DNA from: Gammaproteobacteria bacterium
GTDB lineage: Bacteria; Pseudomonadota; Gammaproteobacteria; Legionellales; Legionellaceae
Reading direction: 5' to 3'
Length of the DNA: 47,770 nucleotides
Assembly: GCA_010030245.1 (NCBI GenBank)
Contig: RGPR01000001.1
Coordinates: forward strand, 1 to 47,770
In this document: piece by piece, positions 1 to 9,060 of the stretch
How the letters are laid out: each line of letters starts with the position of its first letter
Numbering within the stretch: position 1 is the stretch's first letter
Notes under the pieces: generated by a model
Databases searched by the model: none
What the model was told of the DNA's origin: nothing
The model's input: only the letters and a program-made list of their open reading frames with translations
Program-made: the position numbers and the translations under genes

Positions 1-21
1 ATTCAATCTAAGAGGCCTATC

Positions 22-1209
22 ATGAGTGCTTTTGTTAAAGATGTCTTCATACCCGCATTAGGCGCGGTTGGGAGTATGGGTTGGAACGGTTTGGGAATGG
101 TGAGTGCAATGATTCCCATTGTAGGTAAGTATGTGTCAAAAGTGTTTTTTGATCAAGCTGTAAGGAACAATGAAGACACCGCAGAGATGAGAGCAGATTA
201 TGCAAAGGGGGAGGCAAGACAAAACGAAACAATTTCGAAGCAAGAAACATTACAAGCAGAGGCAATGAAAAAAAGTGAAAAAGCTCAATTAGAAATGACT
301 GTCACACAAGCTAATACCGAAAATGCTACAAGGTTATTTAAAATAGAGCAAGGATATAGAAAAACCGAAGCGGAAACTCAAGGATCAACAAACAGAATAA
401 AAAGCAAAGGTACCCACTATAAATCAATGACTGAAATTCACCAAGAGTTAACCGCTGCTGCAGAACAAACCACTAAAGACGCCAAAGTAAACCAAACCCA
501 AACGCAACTAGCTGATGCTGCTGTAATGACACTCAACGAAGCAGACAAACTGGTTGTTGAAGCACATGCTAAACTTATCCAATCACTCAATGCATTTGAA
601 AAATCAAGCGCCGATTACCTGTTGCAAGCCACAAAAGGTCATAACCAAGACCATAATACCATCAATGAAGGACAAGCCAACATTGGTGTAGCTAACGCCG
701 TGGCTAAAGAAGAATCTAATGCAATCAAAACAAGAGCTAAAATAGACATCGCTAATGGACATAAAGTGATTGAGGCTTTCCTGGATGTTTACAAAGCAGA
801 ACAAGATGCCCTAACCAAGCTTAAAATAGACTGTGGAAAGCAGGAATCAGGGACCCTCATTGAACAAAAAGAACTAGAATACGCAAAAAAAATACAGCCC
901 ATACTTGACGAACAATTAGAATCCAGAAGGTCTCTTTTAAATTTCAAAGTAGATGAAAAATTGGCCGGATTTCATCTCGATAGATTAAATGATTTATCTA
1001 AACAAGTACAAGCAGAAATTTCAGAAACACAGCAAAAAATTAGTCAAGACCCAAATAACCTGACAGCTAACGAGCAACATCTTGGCAATCTCACCCAATT
1101 TGCCGAAAGAATTAAAACCATCGCTGCGCAAAAGGGGAAATCCTCACCAGAACAAACACAAACGCAAACACAAGAACACCAGCCAGCGCAGCGGCAACAA
1201 GGAGTTTAG
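22..1209 (+). CDS. Hypothetical long coiled-coil protein with Gly-rich hydrophobic N-terminus (orphan, possible secreted effector)
   Basis: 395-aa ORF with AGAGG RBS at 11-15. Residues ~8-35 are Gly-rich and hydrophobic, the remainder is A/E/K/Q/T-rich and helical-looking, ending in a QT-rich tail. No family motif recognised. Confidence 0.8.
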   Translation: MSAFVKDVFIPALGAVGSMGWNGLGMVSAMIPIVGKYVSKVFFDQAVRNNEDTAEMRADYAKGEARQNETISKQETLQAEAMKKSEKAQLEMTVTQANTENATRLFKIEQGYRKTEAETQGSTNRIKSKGTHYKSMTEIHQELTAAAEQTTKDAKVNQTQTQLADAAVMTLNEADKLVVEAHAKLIQSLNAFEKSSADYLLQATKGHNQDHNTINEGQANIGVANAVAKEESNAIKTRAKIDIANGHKVIEAFLDVYKAEQDALTKLKIDCGKQESGTLIEQKELEYAKKIQPILDEQLESRRSLLNFKVDEKLAGFHLDRLNDLSKQVQAEISETQQKISQDPNNLTANEQHLGNLTQFAERIKTIAAQKGKSSPEQTQTQTQEHQPAQRQQGV

Positions 1210-1220
1210 TTTAGTGGCTC

Positions 1221-1272
1221 AAGCTTGATCTGACAGTCGTCGATTTTTAGAAGTATCTGTCAGGTCAAGTTT
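1221..1272. repeat. 16-bp inverted repeat (hairpin) between convergent genes; possible terminator or REP-like element
   Basis: AAGCTTGATCTGACAG (1221-1236) pairs fully with CTGTCAGGTCAAGTTT (1257-1272) using two G-U wobbles; 20-nt loop. Confidence 0.7.
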
Positions 1273-1374
1273 CGTTCCAATTCCTTTGTCCCGGCCGTGG
1301 TATCAATAAGCTCGGTCACACTTAACATAAAATAATCAGAATTGTTTCTTAAAAAAATCTGTCTATCATTGAAT

Positions 1375-1803
1375 TTAAGCATAGTAAATCAAACATAAGC
1401 CACTTAAGATGAGCGTAGAACCTGCTATAAAACGTAAATCAAAGTGATTACATTGAAAAAACAAATATAAAAATATGGCACTAAAAATAGGATATGTGCT
1501 TTCAATCAGTGCTGGTAAAGGCGCATTATTACTGGATTTTATCGCATATAAAATGAAATAGGTAGCAATATTAGCAGTAATTATTTGTAATAAAAATATC
1601 AGCATTATTTTTTTGTCAGACATTAAATACACCAAGTCTGTTTTTAAATGATGCTGGTAGGCTAGCACCATAAAAAATAAAGCACTAATGAATAAATTTA
1701 AAGCCATAAAAGTCAATATTGAAATCTTTTCAAGAATGACTTCACAAATCGCATAATTAAAGCCCCAAATAATTGAGGCATATAAAGCAAATTTGAACCA
1801 CAT
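1375..1803 (-). CDS. EamA/DMT-family membrane transporter (single repeat)
   Basis: 142 aa with about five hydrophobic segments; EamA-like patterns 'IIWG', 'LIESTYPIFSAIF' and 'G.TLILSG'; AAGGAG RBS upstream on the minus strand. Confidence 0.8.
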   Translation of the reverse strand: MWFKFALYASIIWGFNYAICEVILEKISILTFMALNLFISALFFMVLAYQHHLKTDLVYLMSDKKIMLIFLLQIITANIATYFILYAIKSSNNAPLPALIESTYPIFSAIFLYLFFQCNHFDLRFIAGSTLILSGLCLIYYA

Positions 1804-1990
1804 AATGAAATTGCTCCTTTATCTAGCCAAGAACGTTAATAGGAAGAAAAGCTTTGCCAGTACTAATGATAATTAACAAAATGTTTGATGCATGTGAAGT
1901 ATAATCAACAATAATTACTCTTCTATTGCTACACAGATTATCACAATGATATGGTAACAATTCTAAATATAATATATTTAAAAGATAATC

Positions 1991-3862
1991 ATGCATGTAA
2001 AAAAAATACCTGCCCCTTTCGGGACGTGCTTAGGCCTTGCTCCAGGTAATGTTGCAGTCTATTCTTCGCATGAAGACCCACACCTGCCTGCTTGCTTAAA
2101 AAATCGTGACGACTATCGTAGCTACCTAGATGGTATATTCATGGGCTATAAATGGCAATGTGTGGAATTTGCTCGACGATGGTTGTATATCAATAAACAC
2201 TATATTTTTGCTGATATCAGTATGGCCTATGATATTTTTGAATTACGTTCAGTGAGTAGCACTAAAGATAATACTATATTACCCCTTAAATCATTTAAAA
2301 ATGGTGCTAAACATTGGCCTGTTCCTGGCTGCTTAATCATTTGGGCAGAAGGTGGTTATTTTGAAGATACTGGTCATGTTGCGGTGGTTATGGAAGTGTT
2401 CCCTGATGAAATACATATTATCGAACAAAATGTTGAGCAAACTATTTGGCCTGATGGACAAACTTACTCTCGAAAATTAAAAAGTTTTATCACTGCTGAT
2501 GGCGGATATTTAATTGAAGACCTTATTGATATCAATACTCAAGTTTTAGGTTGGGTTATTCAAACAGCCAACCCCCTACATGCAGAAGTAGTTAAGACCT
2601 CAGACCCTAAACTATTTGAATTAAAGCTGCAAAGTGTCCCAAAAATAGCGAAATATGACACTCCCTGGTTAGAACTAAACAATCCAGATGAATCAGCATT
2701 TGTAAAGAAGATGGGTGGACATAAACTAAATACTTTAGTCCCAGTCCAATATATTTGCATATCAGAAACTGCAGCAAAGGAATTAAAACATGCCACCAAT
2801 GAACTGCATGCGATGTTTATGCACGCAACCTACCATGTTTTGCAAGACGATAAACGTTTAGAAAAATTTAATATTCCACCTGCTCTGTGGCCAAAAATAC
2901 ACCGTTCATGGGAAGAACGAAAAAACCAGATGGTTACAGGACGCTTTGATTTTGCAATGACAGAACGCGGAATAAAGGTATTTGAATATAATGCTGATTC
3001 AGCATCATGTATTTTAGAATGTGGAACAATTCAAGAAAAATGGGCAAATCACTATGATTGTCAAATAGGTCGAAATCCTGGTGTTGATCTGTTCTACCAT
3101 TTAGTGAATGCGTGGCGACACAATCATATAGGCGGCATTTTGCATATTTTACAAGATGATGATCCGGAAGAACACTATCATGCACAATACATGAAAAAAG
3201 CGATTACAGCTGCAGGCATTACTTGTAAAATTATTGTTGGCTTTGATAGCTTAAGTTGGAATAGTGCAGGTGAAGTGATTGACGACGAGCAAATTCCATT
3301 AAAATGCATATGGAAAACCTGGGCTTGGGAAACTGCTTTACAACAAATTCGTCACGAATATACAAAAGAATTATTGAGTGTTGTGCAGGATCAAACAGCA
3401 ACGCCTCGTCTTGTAGATGTATTACTACAAGATAATATCATGGTATATGAACCATTATGGACCTTGATCACCAGTAATAAAGCACTCTTACCTGTCTTAT
3501 GGGAGTTGTTCCCAGATAATCCATACTTGCTGAACGCGCAATATGAAGTTACAGCGGCGTTATTATCAGATGGATATGTCTCAAAACCTTTAGCTGGATA
3601 TGCTGGCGATAACATTCGAATTTTTAGTTCATCTAATATCATCATAAATGAAAGAAACGGCCGATTTTGTCATCAAGATCAGATTTACCAAACTTTTTTT
3701 CAATTGCCAGAACGTGATGGCTACCATATTCAATTAGCAGCTTTTACCGTTGATGGCAAATATGCTGGTGCAACTACGCGAGTAGATAAATCAATCATTA
3801 TTAACACCCACAGTGATATTTTACCGCTTCGTGTAGTAGCAGACAAATGCTACTGCAAATAG
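1991..3862 (+). CDS. gsp: Bifunctional glutathionylspermidine amidase/synthetase
   Basis: N-terminal CHAP amidase motifs GYKWQCVEFARR, GHVAV and EQN; C-terminal ATP-grasp synthetase motifs GRFDF, EYNADSAS, WKTWAWE and EPLWT; 623 aa, similar in size to E. coli Gsp. Confidence 0.95.
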   Translation: MHVKKIPAPFGTCLGLAPGNVAVYSSHEDPHLPACLKNRDDYRSYLDGIFMGYKWQCVEFARRWLYINKHYIFADISMAYDIFELRSVSSTKDNTILPLKSFKNGAKHWPVPGCLIIWAEGGYFEDTGHVAVVMEVFPDEIHIIEQNVEQTIWPDGQTYSRKLKSFITADGGYLIEDLIDINTQVLGWVIQTANPLHAEVVKTSDPKLFELKLQSVPKIAKYDTPWLELNNPDESAFVKKMGGHKLNTLVPVQYICISETAAKELKHATNELHAMFMHATYHVLQDDKRLEKFNIPPALWPKIHRSWEERKNQMVTGRFDFAMTERGIKVFEYNADSASCILECGTIQEKWANHYDCQIGRNPGVDLFYHLVNAWRHNHIGGILHILQDDDPEEHYHAQYMKKAITAAGITCKIIVGFDSLSWNSAGEVIDDEQIPLKCIWKTWAWETALQQIRHEYTKELLSVVQDQTATPRLVDVLLQDNIMVYEPLWTLITSNKALLPVLWELFPDNPYLLNAQYEVTAALLSDGYVSKPLAGYAGDNIRIFSSSNIIINERNGRFCHQDQIYQTFFQLPERDGYHIQLAAFTVDGKYAGATTRVDKSIIINTHSDILPLRVVADKCYCK

Positions 3863-3880
3863 CTGCACGCGACATTTTAT

Positions 3881-4795
3881 TCATATTATGGCCATTTGAA
3901 GAGCGCTTAGGTCTCGAATTTCTTCAACATTGCCTTCAATTGTTTTACAAATGTTGTCCAAAGGGAGGTGGCTTAAATTCTTTTGAGAAAATGGATTTTG
4001 TAGTTCGATGCTAATCTGATCGATTGAAAAAAGTGCATAAGAGACGATACCTACAATTAATGGACTGATATATAAAGAAATGTCTGCTAAGGCAAATGGC
4101 AAAATCAATAAGAAAAATAAAATAAAGCGCCTTGATTTTATAGCCATCACAAAGGGCATCGGTGTTTTTAAAATCCGTTCACAGGCGCCTTGAGCATTAA
4201 CAATTTCTTGTATTGGCGTTTGTGCCGCAAGGAAGGTGTAGCCATCTAGCCAGTCATTATCTCGCCCAATTTGTAGCTCCTTTGCCATCATGGTCAGTAG
4301 TATATTCGGATGATGTTTGGATACATTTAACTTCTCAATATGTTCTATATCAATCAAATGAGATAAGTATTGCATATCGGCTGAGCCTCTTAAATTATCT
4401 TTCATCAGATAGGGTAAAGCTGAAATCATATTGGTGATTTTAAGCAGCCAAACAGGTTCAGGGTTTTTGGTATATTGAACGAGTATGATAGAAAGGTTCC
4501 TCGATTGATTGACAATATTACCCCATAATTTCCTTGCCTCCCACCATCGATCGTGGCCTGCATTGAGTCTAAAGACCAAGATTAAGGCCATGATAAACCC
4601 ACCATATTCAAACGGGCCAATAGGTAAAGCAGGTAATCGGAATAAATCACAAAGATATGTTACTAAGCACGTATAAATAACAATGAAGCATACTTTTTTA
4701 ATAACCTTTGGTGTAACTGAACCTGTTAAAGTTAAGGCATTTTTGAAAAAATTGTCATATTCATGCTGATTTTGCAAGTTATCATTTTGATTCAT
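3881..4795 (-). CDS. Bestrophin-family (YneE-like) ion channel
   Basis: Motifs LVFRLNAGHDRWWEARKLWG, GACERILKTPMPF and ELQNPF...LPLD. Start moved to the ATG at 4795 (MNQND) to match family length. Confidence 0.9.
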   Translation of the reverse strand: MNQNDNLQNQHEYDNFFKNALTLTGSVTPKVIKKVCFIVIYTCLVTYLCDLFRLPALPIGPFEYGGFIMALILVFRLNAGHDRWWEARKLWGNIVNQSRNLSIILVQYTKNPEPVWLLKITNMISALPYLMKDNLRGSADMQYLSHLIDIEHIEKLNVSKHHPNILLTMMAKELQIGRDNDWLDGYTFLAAQTPIQEIVNAQGACERILKTPMPFVMAIKSRRFILFFLLILPFALADISLYISPLIVGIVSYALFSIDQISIELQNPFSQKNLSHLPLDNICKTIEGNVEEIRDLSALQMAII

Positions 4796-5073
4796 TTTTA
4801 TTAGCACCAATTGTATTATTGAAGTAAACCCTGGATGACAGGTTTGCAGTTTAGCTCTTAAATTATGGTATATCAATAGTGATTGGACTTCTATTGATGA
4901 TAGGCTCAGTTTGAATAAAAAAAGGTTATAAAAAGAGTTAAGCCGAAACTCTATACCAAACATCTTTGCATATTTTTAAACATAAGAATTTATAACGATC
5001 ATAATGCCTTTTAAACAGACAAATATGTGTGGTCATGATATCATGCCGTCTTCTATTCTCTATAGGTGATATT

Positions 5074-5399
5074 ATGAACAACTTTACTTCTCAATAGCAG
5101 AGAAGGAAATACAAGAGTCATATGACCAAAGAAGTGAAGAGTGCGCAAGACAAGCATTAGAAAACGTCAAACGAGGAAATTCATTCTTTGATGAGGGAGA
5201 AAGAAAATATAAAAAAACATGTATAGAAGCCTGTGAAGAAGCTAGAACATTAGCAGATCTAGCCAATTTTTTAAAAACAATTAACGATGGAACCATCCCA
5301 TATGAAGAAGCTGCAAAACAAGCACAAGCTGAAATAAAGGAAGCAACAAAAAAAGCGATCGAAGCAGCAAAAAGCCATATGTCGGCTCAGCCGAACTGA
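5074..5399 (+). pseudogene. Small helical hypothetical protein with a 1-nt frameshift near the start (not in ORF track)
   Basis: AGGTG RBS at 5064-5068 and ATG at 5074 give MNNFTSQ then TAG. The -1 frame is open from about 5070 to TGA at 5397-5399 (IAEKEIQESYDQ...KSHMSAQPN). One extra A in TCTCAATAGCA would give a ~108-aa ORF. Confidence 0.6.
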
Positions 5400-5401
5400 T
5401 A

Positions 5402-5478
5402 TGGTCGGAGTGACAGGAATTGAACCTGCGACCCCTGCCTCCCGAAGGCAGTGCTCTACCAGGCTGAGCTACACTCCG
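5402..5478 (-). tRNA. tRNA-Pro (anticodon CGG)
   Basis: Reverse complement reads CGGAGTGTAGCTCAGCCTGGTAGAGCACTGCCTTCGGGAGGCAGGGGTCGCAGGTTCAATTCCTGTCACTCCGACCA: 77 nt, cloverleaf, anticodon loop TTCGGGA, GTTC T-loop, encoded CCA. Confidence 0.98.
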
Positions 5479-5487
5479 AATCTCTCA

Positions 5488-5976
5488 CTAATGGGTTTTT
5501 AGGGGGGGCGTCAATATGTCTTGGCTTGATAATGCGCCTTTTACCTGATGTTGGTAAAATTGAATGAGCATCACAGTCATTGGTCTTCTAATGGTAATCA
5601 CATCATCATATGTTGACGCTTTGGATTGAAAATCAAGTACTTCGTTCATGTCATTTGCAGGTGTGGTATTGTATTGCCCCATCGGATTAAGCTCTTTCTT
5701 CACATCTCTGGAATCTTCACGTATAAACGATGAAGTCTTGATGATTTTAAAATAAGGAAAACCCTTTTCCTTACAGAGTTCTGCTGAGCGTCTTAAGGCA
5801 TATTGATAAACTTGTTCCTTGCTACTACGTTGATTACCTAGAAAGCGAACCATGTAAGTATTGTCAGACATTTTGGTATCTCGATAGCCTGACCCATTTA
5901 ATTCAGCAGGTTTGTAAACCGTAGCACAGGCGCCCAACAATAGGCTTGCAATAATTAGACCTAACAGTCTTTTCAT
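5488..5976 (-). CDS. Lipoprotein, CC0125/CC1285-like family
   Basis: Lipobox LLGAC, followed by the family-like pattern GY.D......Y.V.F.GN..S......YALRRSAEL....GFPYF. Confidence 0.75.
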   Translation of the reverse strand: MKRLLGLIIASLLLGACATVYKPAELNGSGYRDTKMSDNTYMVRFLGNQRSSKEQVYQYALRRSAELCKEKGFPYFKIIKTSSFIREDSRDVKKELNPMGQYNTTPANDMNEVLDFQSKASTYDDVITIRRPMTVMLIQFYQHQVKGALSSQDILTPPLKTH

Positions 5977-6098
5977 GATTCATCCTTAAAACCAAAAGAG
6001 ACAATCTAACATGGCCATCAATAATTTTCCATCAAATCGATATGGATTCAAGAAAAACTATGCTAATCTTTTTTTAAAAATCATTTAAAAAAAATTCA

Positions 6099-6323
6099 AT
6101 GATCAAAATTCTCGTCATAAGCCTTATAGGAATAAATCTCATAGCCTGCGTTAACGTTGCCTCAAAGCCAATTGAATACCGTGAAGTGGTTCATGACCGC
6201 ATCACGAATAGGATTGAGTTGGGAGACAATCAGAATAACATTGACGTCACTGAGGGAGAAAGAATTATCCCCCTCAGGCATCCTCGCTTTAACGTCTATT
6301 TTGATACTTACCAACAAACTTAG
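6099..6323 (+). CDS. Small putative lipoprotein
   Basis: 74 aa; basic then hydrophobic signal ending in lipobox LIAC; fills the gap to topA with a 4-nt overlap. Confidence 0.6.
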   Translation: MIKILVISLIGINLIACVNVASKPIEYREVVHDRITNRIELGDNQNNIDVTEGERIIPLRHPRFNVYFDTYQQT

Positions 6324-8590
6324 ACATTATCAGTATGGCCACATTCACTTTGAGGACATATTTTTTGTTCCCCAAACTTTTTGGTGACTTTTAGGCTCAA
6401 AATAGGCCATTTGCATTTTGGGCAAGGTTCATTCAGTGGCTGATTCCAAATTGCATACTTACACTTTGGATAACCACCACAAGAATAAAAAATACGTCCT
6501 TTTTTAGATTTACGCTTTAATATAGGATGAGATTGGCAAATCGGACAAGTGACCCCCGTATCTTCAGGTTTATCCAGTGGCTCCATGAATTTACATTCTG
6601 GATAATTTGAGCATCCCACAAAAAGTCCATACTTACCACGTTTGATTTGTAGCGCTGAGCTACAAGTAGGGCAAGCCCTATCAATCGTTTTGACTTCTGG
6701 CTCAGTGCCTGTACTATTTTGCCCCATATCCTGGGTATAATCACATTCAGGATAAGCGGTGCAACCAATAAAACGCCCTCTTTTCCCTAAACGGATAGCT
6801 AAAGGCTTATCACATTTGGGACAGTTTTCGTTTAGTTCTTCGGTTGTGACATCTTTGCGCTGAACGGTGTCATCAATTTGTTGGACTTTTTCAGAAAATG
6901 GTTGCCAGAAGTTTTCTAATACGGGTATCCATTCTTGTTCGCCACGAGATATTGCGTCTAAGGTATCTTCAAGGCCTGCTGTGAACTTATAATCCACATA
7001 AGTGTTAAAATACTCTGTCAAGAAATGACTAACAATACGGCCCACATCTGTTGGAATAAAGCGTTTTTTCTCCACCACGACATAATCTCTATCCTGCAGT
7101 GTTGAAATAATGCTCGCATACGTTGAAGGACGCCCTATATCAAATTCCTCGAGGGCCTTGACCAAACTGGCTTCACTGTAACGCGCAGGTGGCTCCGTAT
7201 GATGCTCTTCAACGATAATGTCTTTGAGCTTAATTTTATCACCAACTGCCAACTCAGGTAGCATGGTTTCAGCATCATCATCATTTTGTTCATCCTTGCC
7301 TTCTTCATAAACAGACAAAAAGCCTGGGAAAATAATTTGGGAACCATTGGCCCTGAATTTATCTTCAACGCCTGATTGCAAATCTACAGCAACCGTATCA
7401 AGACGAGCAGAACTCATTTGTGAAGCCATGGTGCGCTGCCAAATCAACTGATACAATTTTCGTTGATCAGGACTTAAAAATGACTTCATGGCTTCTGGCG
7501 TCCGCATCACATCAGTAGGCCGGATGGCTTCATGTGCTTCTTGGGCATTTTTTGATTTGGTTTTAAATATCCTTGGGGTGTCAGGGCAAAAGTTTTTACC
7601 ATAACGCTCAGTAATAAAATGACGAATATTGCTAAGCGCTTCCCCGGCTAAATTAACCGAGTCTGTACGCATGTAAGTAATCAGACCTGAGGTGCCTGAA
7701 CCAATATCAATCCCTTCATAAAGTTGCTGGGCAATTTGCATGGTCTTACGCGCGGTAAAACCTAATTTACGAGATGCATCTTGTTGGAGGGATGCGGTAA
7801 TAAATGGTGGTGATGGATGGCGCAAACGCTCTTTACGGGTGACATTGACCACTTCCAAGCTGCCATTAGCACGTTTTAAAATTGCCTCTCGAGCTGCGGC
7901 TGCATCTTCACCATTTTGCCAATAAAACTGTTCTACTTTATCTTGCATCCAATGGGTCAATCGTGCATTGAATTTGCTTTTTTGTTGGCAATTGGCAATG
8001 ACATACCAGTAAGGCTGGGAGATAAAACGGTCGATTTCGTCTTCACGCTCCACAATTAAACGTAATGCCGGACTTTGCACACGACCTGCTGAAAGTCCGC
8101 GTCTGATTTTTTTCCAAAGCAGCGGTGATAAATTAAATCCGACCAGATAATCAAGGGCACGTCGAGCCTGCTGAGCGTTCACCAAGTGCATGGCTATATC
8201 ACGAGGTGCTTCGATAGCTTCTTTGACCGCTTGTTTGGTGATTTCATAAAAAACGATTCGATGAACGGCTTTATTTTTTATCAATCCTTTATCTTGCAAT
8301 ACGCTCAAGATATGCCAAGAAATAGCCTCCCCTTCGCGATCCGGGTCAGTTGCCAGATAGAGGGTGTCAGCTTGTTTGATGGCTTTTACAATGGCATCCA
8401 CATGGCGGCTATTACGTTCAATCAACGTGTAGGTCATGGCAAAATTAGCTTCTGGTTTTACTGAGCCTTTTTTTGCAGGAAGATCGCGTACGTGACCATA
8501 CGATGCCATGACTGTAAAATCTTTACCAAGATACTTTTCAATGGTTTTTGCTTTCGCTGGTGACTCCACTATCACCAAATTTTTTGTCAT
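6320..8590 (-). CDS. topA: DNA topoisomerase I (type IA)
   Basis: VIVESPAKAKTI, ATDPDREGEAI, SAGRVQS, ITYMRTDS (catalytic Tyr), QEAHEAIRPT, GRPSTY; C-terminal C4 zinc ribbons. Confidence 0.99.
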   Translation of the reverse strand: MTKNLVIVESPAKAKTIEKYLGKDFTVMASYGHVRDLPAKKGSVKPEANFAMTYTLIERNSRHVDAIVKAIKQADTLYLATDPDREGEAISWHILSVLQDKGLIKNKAVHRIVFYEITKQAVKEAIEAPRDIAMHLVNAQQARRALDYLVGFNLSPLLWKKIRRGLSAGRVQSPALRLIVEREDEIDRFISQPYWYVIANCQQKSKFNARLTHWMQDKVEQFYWQNGEDAAAAREAILKRANGSLEVVNVTRKERLRHPSPPFITASLQQDASRKLGFTARKTMQIAQQLYEGIDIGSGTSGLITYMRTDSVNLAGEALSNIRHFITERYGKNFCPDTPRIFKTKSKNAQEAHEAIRPTDVMRTPEAMKSFLSPDQRKLYQLIWQRTMASQMSSARLDTVAVDLQSGVEDKFRANGSQIIFPGFLSVYEEGKDEQNDDDAETMLPELAVGDKIKLKDIIVEEHHTEPPARYSEASLVKALEEFDIGRPSTYASIISTLQDRDYVVVEKKRFIPTDVGRIVSHFLTEYFNTYVDYKFTAGLEDTLDAISRGEQEWIPVLENFWQPFSEKVQQIDDTVQRKDVTTEELNENCPKCDKPLAIRLGKRGRFIGCTAYPECDYTQDMGQNSTGTEPEVKTIDRACPTCSSALQIKRGKYGLFVGCSNYPECKFMEPLDKPEDTGVTCPICQSHPILKRKSKKGRIFYSCGGYPKCKYAIWNQPLNEPCPKCKWPILSLKVTKKFGEQKICPQSECGHTDNV

Positions 8591-8602
8591 TATTTCTCCA
8601 TT

Positions 8603-9025
8603 TTAGTGCATGGTTGTGAGAGCCATCTCCGTATTCAATGAAAATTCTAGCATCATCAGTTCTCTGTCTGACAAGAAATCAAATAACACTTGATGGGTAA
8701 TGTACTTAATTTCAGCCACAGAAACAAACCGCATACTAGACTCTAACACAAGATCCATGACTTGCTCAAATTGTTCACATGAAAGGACGCCAGTATGCAA
8801 CAAACGCATCAAAAATTGAAGAGCTGGTTTGGTTAATTTTGCTTGTTCCAACACAGTGAGTACACGAGTACCCTTATTAGATTGGGTATGAAAAATGGGT
8901 AAGGTGATTTCATCTGAATCAAATGATATCAAGTTATCTTCTGTTTCATTCATCTGTTTAGATTTTAGTTGTGTTAGTGTTTGTTCAAACAAGGACAACA
9001 ACATTTCAAACAATTGATCATTCAT
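8603..9025 (-). CDS. smg: Smg / DUF494 family protein
   Basis: Canonical position between dprA and topA; R.....E..KL...A..FL..L...G.L....E.V pattern; ATG at 9025 follows a GAGG RBS. Confidence 0.75.
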   Translation of the reverse strand: MNDQLFEMLLSLFEQTLTQLKSKQMNETEDNLISFDSDEITLPIFHTQSNKGTRVLTVLEQAKLTKPALQFLMRLLHTGVLSCEQFEQVMDLVLESSMRFVSVAEIKYITHQVLFDFLSDRELMMLEFSLNTEMALTTMH

Positions 9026-9060
9026 AAACACCTCGCAGCACTATCATAGCAAACAACCCA

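Noticed and set aside
139..165. KVFFDQA in the first ORF as another FFAT motif
   Set aside because: Preceded by basic or neutral residues rather than an acidic tract, and Q at position 5; poor match.
5084..5296. 70-aa minus-strand ORF in the track
   Set aside because: It is the antisense shadow of the better supported plus-strand frame at 5074-5399.
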